From: Escherichia coli
GTDB taxonomy: Bacteria > Pseudomonadota > Gammaproteobacteria > Enterobacterales > Enterobacteriaceae
Direction: 5' to 3' (one strand)
Assembly: GCF_050920415.1 (NCBI RefSeq)
Contig: NZ_CP169309.1
DNA: 64,000 nucleotides
Below, one piece after another: positions 43,889 through 55,587 of this stretch. The notes beneath the pieces are model-generated. The model was given only the letters and a program-made list of their open reading frames with translations. It did no database searches and had not been told where the DNA came from. The translations under genes were made by a program, and so were the position numbers. Each line of letters starts with the position of its first letter. Position 1 is the stretch's first letter.

Positions 43889-44893
43889 CTAAATAAGAGA
43901 CTGCGTTTCCGCATAGCCGAAACGAATATTGGCGCACTGTACCGCTTGTGCTGCCGCGCCTTTCAATAAGTTGTCTTCGGTCGCCACAATAATCAGATGT
44001 TCCCCCTGAACGGCAAAACCGATATCGCAGAACGGCAGCCCGACGACATTTTTCAGCGCCGGAACGCCTTTGTCATACAACCGTACCAGCGGTTTATGGG
44101 CATACGCCTGCTGTAACGCTTGCGCGACTTGCGCCTGGTTCACGCCAGGCTTCAGGCGGCAGGTAATGGTTTCGAGAATGCCGCGCGGGAAATTGCCCAG
44201 ATGCGGGGTAAAAATAACGTCAGCACCGAGATGCGTGGCGATCTCCGGCTGGTGGCGATGGGTAAAGACACCATACGGTTGCAGGCTAACTTCACAAAAA
44301 CTATTTGAAATCGCTGCCTTACGTCCTGCTCCGCTCACACCACTGGTGGCGTTGATAACCGGCCACTGATTGAGGTCAAGAAGATCGGCATCAATCAACG
44401 GTTTCAGCGCCAATTGCGCCGCCGTCGGATAACAGCCAGGCACCGCAATTAAGTTCGCTTCTTTTAATTTATGACCGCACCACTCCGCCAGACCGTAAGC
44501 TGCCTGTTCCAACAGTTCCGGGTATTGATGGCTAAAGCCGTAATATTTTTCATAGAAGGTGGCGTCGTTAACACGAAACGCGCCGGAAAGGTCGAACACC
44601 ACACAGCCCGCTTCAAGAAATTGTGGCGCTAAATCGTGACTAACTTCATGGGCAGTAGCAAGAAACACCACGTCCACCCCTGGGCTAAACTCACTGATAT
44701 CCGACATCGGCTGCAACGGCAGATCAACGATGCCTTTTAGCTGCGGATGCAAATCGGAGATTAACTTTCCCGCATCATTGCTTTGCGCTGAAACAGTCAA
44801 AGCGGTTATGTTCATATGCGGATGGCGATTTACATAGGTCACTAGCTCTGCGCCAGCGTAACCGCTGGCACCCACAATCAGCGTATTCAACAT
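43889..44893 (-). CDS. argC: N-acetyl-gamma-glutamyl-phosphate reductase ArgC, 334 aa
   Basis: ORF track; recognisable sequence. Confidence 0.95.
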   Translation of the reverse strand: MLNTLIVGASGYAGAELVTYVNRHPHMNITALTVSAQSNDAGKLISDLHPQLKGIVDLPLQPMSDISEFSPGVDVVFLATAHEVSHDLAPQFLEAGCVVFDLSGAFRVNDATFYEKYYGFSHQYPELLEQAAYGLAEWCGHKLKEANLIAVPGCYPTAAQLALKPLIDADLLDLNQWPVINATSGVSGAGRKAAISNSFCEVSLQPYGVFTHRHQPEIATHLGADVIFTPHLGNFPRGILETITCRLKPGVNQAQVAQALQQAYAHKPLVRLYDKGVPALKNVVGLPFCDIGFAVQGEHLIIVATEDNLLKGAAAQAVQCANIRFGYAETQSLI

Positions 44894-45046
44894 CGGGGCT
44901 ATTCACCTTCTTATGTCTGGTTGCCTGGTTAAACGTAAAACATTCACCTTACGGCTGGTGGGTTTTATTACGCTCAACGTTAGTGTATTTTTATTCACAA
45001 ATACTGCATGAATATTGATACTATCATGACCAGAGGTGTGTCAACA
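44894..45046. promoter_or_regulatory. Divergent argE / argCBH control region with ArgR operators (ARG boxes)
   Basis: Palindromic AT-rich ARG-box-like repeats TTATTCACAAATACTGCATGAATATTGATA at about 44985-45030 between divergent argC and argE. Confidence 0.65.
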
Positions 45047-46198
45047 ATGAAAAACAAATTACCGCCATTTATCGAGATTTACCGTGCTCTGATTGCCACA
45101 CCTTCAATAAGCGCCACGGAAGAGGCACTCGATCAAAGCAATGCAGATTTAATCACTCTGCTGGCGGACTGGTTTAAAGATTTGGGCTTCAATGTGGAAG
45201 TGCAGCCCGTGCCGGGAACTCGCAACAAATTTAATATGCTGGCAAGTACCGGACAGGGAGCTGGCGGTTTGCTGCTGGCGGGGCATACCGATACGGTGCC
45301 ATTTGATGACGGCCGCTGGACGCGCGATCCGTTTACGCTGACGGAGCATGACGGCAAGCTTTACGGCTTAGGCACCGCCGACATGAAAGGCTTTTTTGCG
45401 TTTATCCTCGATGCACTACGCGATGTCGACGTCACGAAACTGAAAAAACCGCTCTACATTCTGGCGACTGCCGATGAAGAGACCAGTATGGCAGGAGCGC
45501 GTTATTTTGCCGAAACTACCGCCCTGCGCCCGGATTGCGCCATCATTGGCGAACCGACGTCGCTGCAACCGGTACGCGCGCATAAAGGCCATATCTCGAA
45601 CGCCATCCGTATTCAGGGCCAGTCGGGGCACTCCAGCGATCCAGCACGCGGAGTTAACGCGATCGAATTGATGCACGACGCCATCGGGCATATTTTGCAA
45701 TTGCGCGATAATCTGAAAGAACGTTATCACTACGAAGCATTTACCGTGCCATACCCTACGCTCAACCTCGGGCATATTCACGGTGGCGATGCATCTAACC
45801 GTATTTGCGCTTGCTGTGAGTTGCATATGGATATTCGTCCGCTGCCAGGCATGACACTCAATGAACTTAATGGTTTGCTCAACGATGCATTGTCTCCGGT
45901 GAGCGAGCGCTGGCCGGGTCGTCTGACGGTCGACGAGCTGCATCCACCGATTCCTGGCTATGAATGCCCACCGAATCATCAACTGGTTGAAGTGGTTGAG
46001 AAATTGCTCGGAGCAAAGACCGAAGTAGTGAACTACTGTACCGAAGCGCCGTTTATTCAGACGTTATGCCCGACGCTGGTGCTGGGACCTGGCTCAATTA
46101 ATCAGGCTCATCAGCCTGATGAATACCTGGAGACACGGTTTATCAAGCCCACCCGCGAACTGATCACCCAGGTGATTCACCATTTCTGCTGGCATTAA
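45047..46198 (+). CDS. argE: Acetylornithine deacetylase ArgE, 383 aa
   Basis: ORF track 45008..46198; canonical start [15 protein letters not shown] at 45047, preceded by a GAGGTG RBS. Confidence 0.94.
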   Translation: MKNKLPPFIEIYRALIATPSISATEEALDQSNADLITLLADWFKDLGFNVEVQPVPGTRNKFNMLASTGQGAGGLLLAGHTDTVPFDDGRWTRDPFTLTEHDGKLYGLGTADMKGFFAFILDALRDVDVTKLKKPLYILATADEETSMAGARYFAETTALRPDCAIIGEPTSLQPVRAHKGHISNAIRIQGQSGHSSDPARGVNAIELMHDAIGHILQLRDNLKERYHYEAFTVPYPTLNLGHIHGGDASNRICACCELHMDIRPLPGMTLNELNGLLNDALSPVSERWPGRLTVDELHPPIPGYECPPNHQLVEVVEKLLGAKTEVVNYCTEAPFIQTLCPTLVLGPGSINQAHQPDEYLETRFIKPTRELITQVIHHFCWH

Positions 46199-46201
46199 AA
46201 C

Positions 46202-46252
46202 GTAGGCCAAACAATGTCGGATGCGATGCTTGCGCATCTTATCCGACCTACA
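46202..46252. repeat. REP (repetitive extragenic palindromic) element
   Basis: GTAGGCC...CGGATGCGATGCTTGCGCATCTTATCCGACCTAC imperfect palindrome just after the argE stop. Confidence 0.6.
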
Positions 46253-46499
46253 CCTTTGGTGTTACTCAAGGCGATTTTTTAACATTTCCATAAGTTACGC
46301 TTATTTAAAGCGTCGTGAATTTAATGGCGTAAATTCCTGCTATTTATTCGTTTGCTGAAGCGATTTCGCAGCATTTGACGTCATCGCTTTTACGTGGCTT
46401 TATAAAAGACGACGAAAAGCAAAGCCCGAGCATATTCGCGCCAATGCGACGTGAAGGATACAGGGCTATCAAACGATAAGATGGGGTGTCTGGGGTAAT

Positions 46500-49151
46500 A
46501 TGAACGAACAATATTCCGCATTGCGTAGTAATGTCAGTATGCTCGGCAAAGTGCTGGGGGAAACCATCAAGGATGCGTTGGGAGAACACATTCTTGAACG
46601 CGTTGAAACTATCCGTAAGTTGTCCAAATCTTCACGCGCTGGCAATGATGCTAACCGCCAGGAGTTGCTCACCACTTTACAAAATTTGTCGAACGACGAG
46701 CTGCTGCCCGTTGCGCGTGCGTTTAGTCAGTTCCTGAATCTGGCTAACACCGCCGAGCAATACCACAGCATTTCGCCGAAAGGCGAAGCAGCCAGCAATC
46801 CGGAAGTGATCGCCCGCACCCTGCGTAAACTGAAAAACCAGCCGGAACTGAGCGAAGACACCATAAAAAAAGCAGTGGAATCGCTGTCGCTGGAACTGGT
46901 CCTCACGGCTCACCCAACCGAAATTACCCGTCGTACGCTGATCCACAAAATGGTGGAAGTGAACGCCTGCTTAAAACAGCTCGACAACAAAGATATCGCC
47001 GACTACGAACATAACCAGCTGATGCGCCGCCTGCGCCAGTTGATCGCCCAGTCATGGCATACCGATGAAATCCGTAAGCTGCGCCCAAGCCCGGTAGATG
47101 AGGCCAAATGGGGCTTTGCCGTAGTAGAAAACAGCCTGTGGCAAGGCGTACCGAATTACCTGCGCGAACTGAACGAACAACTGGAAGAGAACCTCGGCTA
47201 CAAACTACCCGTCGAATTTGTTCCGGTGCGTTTTACCTCGTGGATGGGCGGCGACCGCGACGGAAACCCGAACGTCACTGCCGATATCACCCGCCACGTC
47301 CTGCTGCTCAGCCGCTGGAAAGCCACCGATCTGTTCCTGAAAGATATTCAAGTTCTGGTTTCTGAACTGTCGATGGTTGAAGCAACTCCGGAACTGCTGG
47401 CGCTGGTCGGCGAAGAAGGTGCCGCAGAACCGTATCGCTATCTGATGAAAAACCTGCGTTCCCGCCTGATGGCGACACAGGCATGGCTGGAAGCGCGCCT
47501 GAAAGGTGAAGAAGTACCAAAACCAGAGGGTCTGCTGACGCAGAACGAAGAACTGTGGGAGCCGCTCTACGCTTGCTACCAGTCCCTTCAGGCGTGTGGC
47601 ATGGGTATTATTGCCAACGGCGATCTGCTCGACACCCTGCGCCGCGTGAAATGTTTCGGTGTACCGCTGGTCCGTATTGATATCCGTCAGGAGAGCACCC
47701 GTCATACCGAAGCGCTGGGCGAACTGACCCGCTACCTCGGCATCGGCGACTACGAAAGCTGGTCAGAGGCCGACAAACAGGCGTTCCTGATCCGCGAACT
47801 GAACTCCAAACGCCCTCTTATGCCGCGTAACTGGCAACCGAGCGCCGAAACGCGCGAAGTACTTGATACCTGTCAGGTAATTGCTGAAGCACCGCAAGGT
47901 TCCATTGCCGCCTACGTGATCTCGATGGCAAAAACGCCGTCCGACGTACTGGCTGTACACCTGCTGCTGAAAGAAGCGGGTATTGGATTTGCGATGCCGG
48001 TTGCACCGCTGTTTGAAACCCTTGATGACCTGAACAACGCCAACGATGTCATGACCCAGTTGCTCAATATCGACTGGTATCGCGGCCTGATTCAGGGCAA
48101 ACAGATGGTGATGATTGGCTATTCCGACTCAGCAAAAGATGCGGGGGTGATGGCGGCTTCCTGGGCGCAATATCAGGCACAGGATGCATTAATCAAAACC
48201 TGCGAAAAAGCGGGTATTGAACTGACGCTGTTCCACGGCCGCGGCGGTTCCATTGGTCGCGGCGGCGCACCTGCCCATGCGGCGCTGCTGTCACAACCGC
48301 CAGGAAGCCTGAAAGGCGGCCTTCGCGTGACCGAACAGGGCGAGATGATCCGCTTTAAATATGGTCTGCCAGAAATCACCGTTAGCAGCCTGTCGCTGTA
48401 CACCGGGGCGATTCTGGAAGCCAACCTGCTGCCACCGCCGGAGCCGAAAGAGAGCTGGCGTCGCATTATGGATGAACTGTCAGTCATCTCCTGCGATCTC
48501 TACCGTGGCTACGTACGTGAAAACAAAGATTTTGTGCCGTACTTCCGCTCCGCTACGCCGGAACAAGAGCTGGGCAAACTGCCGTTGGGTTCACGTCCGG
48601 CGAAACGTCGCCCGACCGGCGGCGTCGAGTCACTGCGCGCCATTCCGTGGATTTTTGCCTGGACACAAAACCGCCTGATGCTCCCCGCCTGGCTGGGTGC
48701 AGGTACGGCGCTGCAAAAAGTGGTCGAAGATGGCAAGCAGAGCGAACTGGAAGCCATGTGCCGCGACTGGCCATTCTTCTCGACGCGTCTCGGCATGCTG
48801 GAGATGGTCTTCGCCAAAGCAGACCTGTGGCTGGCGGAATACTATGATCAACGTCTGGTAGACAAAGCATTGTGGCCGTTAGGTAAAGAGTTACGTAATC
48901 TGCAAGAAGAAGACATCAAAGTGGTGCTGGCGATTGCCAACGATTCTCACCTGATGGCCGATCTGCCGTGGATTGCGGAGTCTATTCAGCTGCGAAATAT
49001 TTACACCGACCCACTGAACGTATTGCAGGCCGAGTTGCTGCACCGCTCCCGCCAGGCAGAAAAAGAAGGCCAGGAACCGGATCCTCGCGTCGAGCAAGCG
49101 TTAATGGTTACTATTGCCGGGATTGCGGCAGGTATGCGTAATACCGGCTAA
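46500..49151 (+). CDS. ppc: Phosphoenolpyruvate carboxylase Ppc, 883 aa
   Basis: ORF track; recognisable sequence, C-terminal ...GMRNTG. Confidence 0.97.
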   Translation: MNEQYSALRSNVSMLGKVLGETIKDALGEHILERVETIRKLSKSSRAGNDANRQELLTTLQNLSNDELLPVARAFSQFLNLANTAEQYHSISPKGEAASNPEVIARTLRKLKNQPELSEDTIKKAVESLSLELVLTAHPTEITRRTLIHKMVEVNACLKQLDNKDIADYEHNQLMRRLRQLIAQSWHTDEIRKLRPSPVDEAKWGFAVVENSLWQGVPNYLRELNEQLEENLGYKLPVEFVPVRFTSWMGGDRDGNPNVTADITRHVLLLSRWKATDLFLKDIQVLVSELSMVEATPELLALVGEEGAAEPYRYLMKNLRSRLMATQAWLEARLKGEEVPKPEGLLTQNEELWEPLYACYQSLQACGMGIIANGDLLDTLRRVKCFGVPLVRIDIRQESTRHTEALGELTRYLGIGDYESWSEADKQAFLIRELNSKRPLMPRNWQPSAETREVLDTCQVIAEAPQGSIAAYVISMAKTPSDVLAVHLLLKEAGIGFAMPVAPLFETLDDLNNANDVMTQLLNIDWYRGLIQGKQMVMIGYSDSAKDAGVMAASWAQYQAQDALIKTCEKAGIELTLFHGRGGSIGRGGAPAHAALLSQPPGSLKGGLRVTEQGEMIRFKYGLPEITVSSLSLYTGAILEANLLPPPEPKESWRRIMDELSVISCDLYRGYVRENKDFVPYFRSATPEQELGKLPLGSRPAKRRPTGGVESLRAIPWIFAWTQNRLMLPAWLGAGTALQKVVEDGKQSELEAMCRDWPFFSTRLGMLEMVFAKADLWLAEYYDQRLVDKALWPLGKELRNLQEEDIKVVLAIANDSHLMADLPWIAESIQLRNIYTDPLNVLQAELLHRSRQAEKEGQEPDPRVEQALMVTIAGIAAGMRNTG

Positions 49152-49166
49152 TCTTCCCCTCCTGCA

Positions 49167-49196
49167 AACCCTCGTGCTTTTGCGCGAGGGTTTTCT
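49167..49196 (+). terminator. ppc rho-independent terminator
   Basis: AACCCTCG-TGCTTTTG-CGCGAGGGTTTTCT about 15 nt after the ppc stop. Confidence 0.65.
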
Positions 49197-49332
49197 GAAA
49201 TACTTCTGTTCTAACACCCTCGTTTTCAATATATTTCTGTCTGCATTTTATTCAAATTCTGGATATCCCTTCAGATATCCTTAAGGAATTGTCGTTACAT
49301 TCGGCGATATTTTTTCAAGACAGGTTCTTACT

Positions 49333-51066
49333 ATGCATTCCACAGAAGTCCAGGCTAAACCTCTTTTTAGCTGGAAAGCCCTGGGTTGGGCACTGCTCTA
49401 CTTTTGGTTTTTCTCTACTCTGCTACAGGCCATTATTTACATCAGTGGTTATAGTGGCACTAACGGCATTCGCGACTCGCTGTTATTCAGTTCGCTGTGG
49501 ATGATCCCGGTATTCCTCTTTCCGAAGCGGATTAAAATTATTGCCGCAGTAATCGGCGTGGTGCTATGGGCGGCCTCTCTGGCGGCGCTGTGCTACTACG
49601 TCATCTACGGTCAGGAGTTCTCGCAGAGCGTTCTGTTTGTGATGTTCGAAACCAACACCAACGAAGCCAGCGAGTATTTAAGCCAGTATTTCAGCCTGAA
49701 AATTGTGCTTATCGCGCTGGCCTATACGGCGGTGGCAGTTCTGCTGTGGACACGCCTGCGCCCGGTCTATATTCCAAAGCCGTGGCGTTATGTTGTCTCT
49801 TTTGCCCTGCTTTATGGCTTGATTCTGCATCCGATCGCCATGAATACGTTTATCAAAAACAAGCCGTTTGAGAAAACGTTGGATAACCTGGCATCGCGTA
49901 TGGAGCCTGCCGCACCGTGGCAATTCCTGACCGGCTATTATCAGTATCGTCAGCAACTAAACTCGCTAACAAAGCTACTGAATGAAAATAATGCCTTGCC
50001 GCCGCTGGCTAATTTCAAAGATGAATCGGGTAACGAACCGCGCACCTTAGTGCTGGTGATTGGCGAGTCGACCCAGCGTGGACGCATGAGTCTGTACGGT
50101 TATCCGCGTGAAACCACGCCGGAGCTGGATGCGCTGCATAAAACCGATCCGAATCTGACCGTGTTTAATAACGTGGTGACGTCTCGTCCGTACACCATTG
50201 AAATCCTGCAACAGGCGCTGACTTTTGCCAATGAAAAGAACCCGGATCTGTATCTGACGCAGCCGTCGCTGATGAACATGATGAAACAGGCGGGTTATAA
50301 AACCTTCTGGATCACCAACCAGCAAACGATGACCGCCCGCAATACCATGCTGACGGTATTTTCGCGCCAGACCGACAAGCAGTACTACATGAACCAGCAA
50401 CGTACGCAGAGTGCGCGTGAATACGACACCAACGTGCTGAAGCCGTTCCAGGAAGTGCTGAATGACCCTGCGCCGAAGAAACTGATCATCGTTCATCTGC
50501 TGGGTACGCATATCAAATACAAATACCGCTACCCGGAAAATCAGGGCAAGTTTGATGGCAATACCGATCATGTTCCGCCGGGACTAAGCGCAGAAGAGCT
50601 GGAGTCATATAACGATTATGATAACGCTAACCTGTATAACGATCATGTGGTTGCCAGCCTGATTAAAGACTTTAAAGCAGCAGACCCGAACGGTTTCCTG
50701 GTTTACTTCTCTGACCACGGTGAAGAGGTTTACGACACGCCGCCGCACAAAACTCAGGGGCGTAATGAGGACAACCCGACGCGTCATATGTACACCATTC
50801 CGTTCCTGCTGTGGACGTCAGAAAAATGGCAAGCGACTCATCCGCGTGATTTCTCGCAGGATGTTGATCGTAAATACAGCCTGGCGGAACTGATCCACAC
50901 CTGGTCAGATTTGGCGGGCTTATCTTACGACGGTTACGATCCAACCCGTTCAGTGGTGAATCCGCAGTTCAAAGAAACTACCCGCTGGATTGGTAACCCG
51001 TACAAGAAAAACGCGCTGATCGATTACGACACTCTGCCGTATGGCGATCAGGTGGGTAATCAGTAA
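49333..51066 (+). CDS. eptC: Phosphoethanolamine transferase EptC (YijP), 577 aa
   Basis: ORF track; N-terminal multi-TM domain plus periplasmic sulfatase-like domain; matches YijP. Confidence 0.92.
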   Translation: MHSTEVQAKPLFSWKALGWALLYFWFFSTLLQAIIYISGYSGTNGIRDSLLFSSLWMIPVFLFPKRIKIIAAVIGVVLWAASLAALCYYVIYGQEFSQSVLFVMFETNTNEASEYLSQYFSLKIVLIALAYTAVAVLLWTRLRPVYIPKPWRYVVSFALLYGLILHPIAMNTFIKNKPFEKTLDNLASRMEPAAPWQFLTGYYQYRQQLNSLTKLLNENNALPPLANFKDESGNEPRTLVLVIGESTQRGRMSLYGYPRETTPELDALHKTDPNLTVFNNVVTSRPYTIEILQQALTFANEKNPDLYLTQPSLMNMMKQAGYKTFWITNQQTMTARNTMLTVFSRQTDKQYYMNQQRTQSAREYDTNVLKPFQEVLNDPAPKKLIIVHLLGTHIKYKYRYPENQGKFDGNTDHVPPGLSAEELESYNDYDNANLYNDHVVASLIKDFKAADPNGFLVYFSDHGEEVYDTPPHKTQGRNEDNPTRHMYTIPFLLWTSEKWQATHPRDFSQDVDRKYSLAELIHTWSDLAGLSYDGYDPTRSVVNPQFKETTRWIGNPYKKNALIDYDTLPYGDQVGNQ

Positions 51067-51214
51067 ATGACCTTTGTATCGCGTCTGGCACTATTTGCCG
51101 GATGCGATACTGGCACAATGTTTACATCGAACTCCCATCAGGCCACACTTTTCAGGTGGCCTTTTTTCATAATGCCAGTTACTGTTTTCCCGTCTATGTA
51201 CCTAAGGGAATAAC

Positions 51215-52066
51215 ATGTATCACGACGTCAGCTATCTGCTCTCCCGCCTGATCAACGGCCCGCTGTCGCTGCGCCAGATTTACTTTGCCAGCAGCAACGG
51301 TCCGGCGCCCGATCTTGCGTATCAGGTCGATTTTCCACGGCTGGAAATAGTGCTGGAAGGTGAATTTGTTGATACCGGCGCTGGCGCAACGTTAGTTCCC
51401 GGCGATGTGCTGTACGTTCCCGCTGGCGGCTGGAATTTCCCACAATGGCAAGCCCCCGCGACCACCTTTAGCGTGCTGTTTGGCAAACAGCAACTCGGTT
51501 TCAGCGTCGTGCAATGGGATGGCAAACAGTATCAAAATCTGGCGAAGCAACACGTCGCCCGACGCGGCCCGCGCATTGGTTCTTTTCTGCTACAAACGCT
51601 CAATGAAATGCAAATGCAGCCACAGGAGCAGCAAACGGCAAGGCTTATCGTCGCCAGCCTGCTTAGCCACTGCCGCGATTTGCTTGGCAGCCAAATCCAG
51701 ACCGCCTCACGCAGCCAGGCACTATTCGAAGCTATTCGCGATTATATCGACGAACGCTATGCCTCCGCGCTTACCCGCGAATCTGTCGCACAGGCGTTCT
51801 ATATTTCGCCAAATTACCTCTCGCACCTGTTTCAAAAAACGGGGGCCATTGGTTTTAACGAATACCTGAATCACACGCGACTGGAACACGCTAAGACGTT
51901 ATTGAAAGGCTATGACCTGAAGGTAAAAGAAGTGGCGCACGCCTGCGGCTTTGTTGACAGCAACTACTTCTGCCGTCTGTTTCGTAAAAACACCGAACGC
52001 TCGCCGTCGGAATATCGTCGGCAATACCATAGCCAACTGACAGAAAAATCGACTACTCCAGAATAA
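51215..52066 (+). CDS. yijO: AraC/XylS-family transcriptional regulator YijO, 283 aa
   Basis: ORF track; C-terminal AraC-type HTH. Confidence 0.9.
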   Translation: MYHDVSYLLSRLINGPLSLRQIYFASSNGPAPDLAYQVDFPRLEIVLEGEFVDTGAGATLVPGDVLYVPAGGWNFPQWQAPATTFSVLFGKQQLGFSVVQWDGKQYQNLAKQHVARRGPRIGSFLLQTLNEMQMQPQEQQTARLIVASLLSHCRDLLGSQIQTASRSQALFEAIRDYIDERYASALTRESVAQAFYISPNYLSHLFQKTGAIGFNEYLNHTRLEHAKTLLKGYDLKVKEVAHACGFVDSNYFCRLFRKNTERSPSEYRRQYHSQLTEKSTTPE

Positions 52067-52394
52067 GATGGGTTTGCTGCGGCGCAGAAAGCACTTTGCG
52101 CACCGCGCTCATTACCCGCTGCGGCTCACGCAGGAATGCGTAGATGCTGCATTGCACATAGCGGCAATGTTCAAATCGCTCGGCACCGGCAAGCTCGATA
52201 TCCGTAATTAACAGCGCAACATCCGCCCGACGGATATCCTCGTCCGCTAAACGATTCTCCGTCCCCAGCGCGCCCTGAGTTTCAATGCTGACGCCCCACT
52301 TCTCTAACTGGCACAACTTTTCCAGCCGTTCCGCCGCCATATAAGTATGCGCCACGCCACTGACGCAGGCGGTTACTGCCACCAGGTATGCCAT
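52053..52394 (-). CDS. frwD: PTS fructose-like EIIB component FrwD, 113 aa
   Basis: ORF track 52053..52481 is extended; start set to MAYLVAVTACVSGVAHTYMAAE (active-site Cys); 14 nt convergent overlap with yijO. Confidence 0.88.
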   Translation of the reverse strand: MAYLVAVTACVSGVAHTYMAAERLEKLCQLEKWGVSIETQGALGTENRLADEDIRRADVALLITDIELAGAERFEHCRYVQCSIYAFLREPQRVMSAVRKVLSAPQQTHLILE

Positions 52395-52395
52395 T

Positions 52396-53274
52396 TTAAC
52401 CTCCCACGGTAACCTGAAATCCGGCCCGTTCTGCCATGTCACGCATCGTTGCCACATCAGCTGACGACGGCGCAGCAACATCTTTCATCGACCATGTTTT
52501 CCCCAGCAGACGGTATTTCGGTTCGCCGTACTGATGAAACGGCAACAGATGGATCTGCCTGATATTCAGCGGGATCAGCACGTCCAGCGCCTGCTGCATA
52601 TTCTCCCGACTGAGCGTGAAACCTGGGATCAGCGGTAAACGCGGTATCACGTTGACACCCTCACTCACCAGCAAACGCAGGTTCTCCAGCACGCGCGGCA
52701 GGTTCATCTTCACCACATCCCGCGCCTGAGTTGCATCCATTATTTTTAAATCGAACAACACTTCATCGCACAATTTCGCCAGCGGTAACAGCTTGCTGGC
52801 TGGCGCGTCTCCGGCAGTTTCGATGGCGCATGACACGCCCCACAATCGCAGCCGTTGCAAAAAACGGGTAGCAAACTCCGCCTGCATTAGCACTTCACCG
52901 CCAGAAAGCGTGACGCCGCCGCCAGACGTGCGAAAGAAAATGTCATCTTTCATCACTTCCCGTTCCAGCGCGTCGAGGCTGATATCACGACCAATCCGTT
53001 CAAACGCGCCGGAGGGACATTCATCCGCATCGCGCAAACATTTCGCGCAGTGCAGACATTTCGCCTCTCTGCGTACCGTCTGGATTTTGCCGGAGATCGA
53101 CTCCGGATTAGCACACCACGGGCAAAGATGCGGACAGCCTTTAAAAAATACCACCGTACGAATGCCCTCGCCGTCATTCAGTGAATAACGCTGAATGTTG
53201 AAAATGCGCGCCACATCATCGCGGCGCGTTTCCACAACGTTACAGCTGATGCGCTGTCCGGCGGATGATGTCAT
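52396..53274 (-). CDS. pflC: Glycyl-radical enzyme activating protein PflC (radical SAM), 292 aa
   Basis: ORF track 52396..53301; start set to MTSSAGQRISCN; CPHLCPWC radical-SAM motif. Confidence 0.9.
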   Translation of the reverse strand: MTSSAGQRISCNVVETRRDDVARIFNIQRYSLNDGEGIRTVVFFKGCPHLCPWCANPESISGKIQTVRREAKCLHCAKCLRDADECPSGAFERIGRDISLDALEREVMKDDIFFRTSGGGVTLSGGEVLMQAEFATRFLQRLRLWGVSCAIETAGDAPASKLLPLAKLCDEVLFDLKIMDATQARDVVKMNLPRVLENLRLLVSEGVNVIPRLPLIPGFTLSRENMQQALDVLIPLNIRQIHLLPFHQYGEPKYRLLGKTWSMKDVAAPSSADVATMRDMAERAGFQVTVGG

Positions 53275-55537
53275 CCTGGATCTCCTTCGACAATTCGACA
53301 AAGAAGGCGCTGTATCCGGCTACGCGCACCACCAGCCCGGCATAGTCCTGTGGGCGCTGTTGGGCTTCCCGCAACGTGTCAGCGTTCACCACGTTAAACT
53401 GAATATGCTGTAACTTAAGCTGGGTAAATGCCCGTAAGAAGTCGGCTAGTTTGCGTAATCCCGCTTCACCTTCCAGGGTCGCCGGAGTGAATTTCACGTT
53501 CAGCAATGTACCGTTAGAAAGCAGCGTGTTATCGAGCTTGCTGACTGATTTCAGTACCGCCGTTGGTCCTTGTGCGTCCTGGCCCAGCATGGGTGACAAG
53601 CCTCCGTCTGCCAGTTGTTCCCCGGCAAAACGACCGTCTGGCGTCGCACCAACCACCGCTCCCAACGGGACATGAGCAGAAACGGTATACGATCCTGGCG
53701 TGAAGTAGCCACCGCGCGGGTTCTGGTAATTTTCCACTTCTTTGCAGTAATGACGCAGGAGTTCGGCGCTAATGTTATCCACCTCGTCGATATCGTTACC
53801 GTATTTCTCAAAGCGGTTAATTAAGCGAGCGCGGACTTTTTCGCCTTCTGGCGTTGCGAAGTTGGCTTTTAATACCGACAGCAATTCGTCAAAACTTAAA
53901 CGCTGTTGCTCAAAAACCATCCCTTTCAACGCATGGAGAGAATCGCTCAGGTTGGCGATACCGATCCCCTGTACGCCGGAGAAGTTATAACGCGCGCCGC
54001 CATCGGTAATATCGCGGCCATTTTCCAGACAATCGCTGATAAACGACGAGAGCAGCGGTACAGGAGCCCAGTCACGATGGCCGATATCACAAATATTGCT
54101 GCCTTCAACCATCAGGGTGATGTAGTGGCTGATCTTGACGCGGATCTGTTCCAGCAAACCTTCATAACTCAGCGCGGCATTGCCTTCATTTTCATGCAAG
54201 CAGATTTCCATCACTTTCAGCAGGTTAAACATCGCGATGTCATGCAAGCCGTAGGTTCTGCCAGGAATAGATAATTCCACGCAGCCCACTACGGAATAGT
54301 CGCGCGCATCTTCCAGCGAAACGCCACGGTTGAGGAACGCTGGCACCACCACTTCATCGTTAAAGATTTGCGGAATCCCCGTGCCGAGGCGGATGGTTTC
54401 TGCGGTTTTCATCAGGAAAGGCGTGTCGATCAAGGCGTTAGTGCGCACGCCGAGGTTCGGTTGCGGCAATTGCACGCTTTGATAAGCATCGAGACAGAGG
54501 AACGAAAGCACGTTCACTGCGCTACGTCCGTTCTCGGTTAACCCACCGAGCAGGGCGGTATAGCCGGTTGGGAAACCTGCGAAATAACGCGCGCTGCTGG
54601 TGGAGCGCAACAGCACGATGTCATTGCATTTCACCCATAAAGATTCGAGCAGTTCTTTCAGGAACGCCGGATCTTCGCCCTGGGTTAATGATGCCTGATA
54701 GAAAGGCAACATATACTGGTCGAAGCGCCCTAAAGACAGCGAGCTGGCGTTGGATTCGTATTGCAGAATGATGTTCATGTACCAGAACAACTGACACGCC
54801 TGCCAGAATGTCTGCGGCTTATGTTCGGCGTTATGGCGGGAGTTCTCCGCGATAGTCAGCAGTTCTTCGCGACGCTGGGCATCGGTGCAGTTTGCCGCCA
54901 TCGTTTCCGCCAGTTCGGCGTAACGCAAAATGTGTTTCTGCGAGGCTTCGAGCAATAACAGCGCAGCCTGATAAAAGTGATTCTCCGGCTGTTGCTGGCA
55001 ATGTTGCTGCATCTGCGCCACCAGCTCACCCAGCCCGTGATTCAGCAGGCGCGGGTAATCAATAATGATGTGCCCCTGGCCTTTATCTGTCTGGTTGATA
55101 CTGAAAATCTGCGTGCTGGTCGCGGCTTTTACTTCATCCGTCATCTGCCCGTTAATAAAATCTTTCATCGAGCGTTTTTCCCAGTATGGGAACAGCTCTT
55201 CGCGGTAGATACGTTTATCTTCTTCACTAATGGCGAAGCGGTCCTGCGGTCGCGTCGGAAATTGATCCAGCTCTTTCAGCAGCCAGTAAGGGTCCATTTC
55301 CGGCGACATAATCCCGGCGCGCGGTTTTACGGTACGGTTACCAGCAATCAGTTCTTCATCACGAATCGAAATTTCAACATGTTCAAGGATATACGCTGTT
55401 GCTTTCGCCCGGCGCAATATCACTGGATCGCCTTCGGTTTGCCGATGGCTGGCGGTATAAAGCAGCGCCCGCTCCAGCGAGATTTCACGGGTATTAGCAA
55501 ACAGTGCAGTTTTAAGGCGAGAGATACGATTCGTCAT
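53240..55537 (-). CDS. pflD: Pyruvate formate-lyase-like glycyl radical enzyme PflD, 765 aa
   Basis: ORF track; C-terminal glycyl-radical motif RVAGYSA; active-site region [13 protein letters not shown]. Confidence 0.93.
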   Translation of the reverse strand: MTNRISRLKTALFANTREISLERALLYTASHRQTEGDPVILRRAKATAYILEHVEISIRDEELIAGNRTVKPRAGIMSPEMDPYWLLKELDQFPTRPQDRFAISEEDKRIYREELFPYWEKRSMKDFINGQMTDEVKAATSTQIFSINQTDKGQGHIIIDYPRLLNHGLGELVAQMQQHCQQQPENHFYQAALLLLEASQKHILRYAELAETMAANCTDAQRREELLTIAENSRHNAEHKPQTFWQACQLFWYMNIILQYESNASSLSLGRFDQYMLPFYQASLTQGEDPAFLKELLESLWVKCNDIVLLRSTSSARYFAGFPTGYTALLGGLTENGRSAVNVLSFLCLDAYQSVQLPQPNLGVRTNALIDTPFLMKTAETIRLGTGIPQIFNDEVVVPAFLNRGVSLEDARDYSVVGCVELSIPGRTYGLHDIAMFNLLKVMEICLHENEGNAALSYEGLLEQIRVKISHYITLMVEGSNICDIGHRDWAPVPLLSSFISDCLENGRDITDGGARYNFSGVQGIGIANLSDSLHALKGMVFEQQRLSFDELLSVLKANFATPEGEKVRARLINRFEKYGNDIDEVDNISAELLRHYCKEVENYQNPRGGYFTPGSYTVSAHVPLGAVVGATPDGRFAGEQLADGGLSPMLGQDAQGPTAVLKSVSKLDNTLLSNGTLLNVKFTPATLEGEAGLRKLADFLRAFTQLKLQHIQFNVVNADTLREAQQRPQDYAGLVVRVAGYSAFFVELSKEIQDDIIRRTAHQL

Positions 55538-55587
55538 GAGGAACTCCTGTGGGGAAGCGAACCCGCCCTTGCGAGCGGGATAAGGAC

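Noticed and set aside
51067-51214. Partial REP-like sequence GCCGGATGCGATA after eptC
   Set aside because: Only a half-palindrome with no convincing inverted partner, so not called as a REP element.
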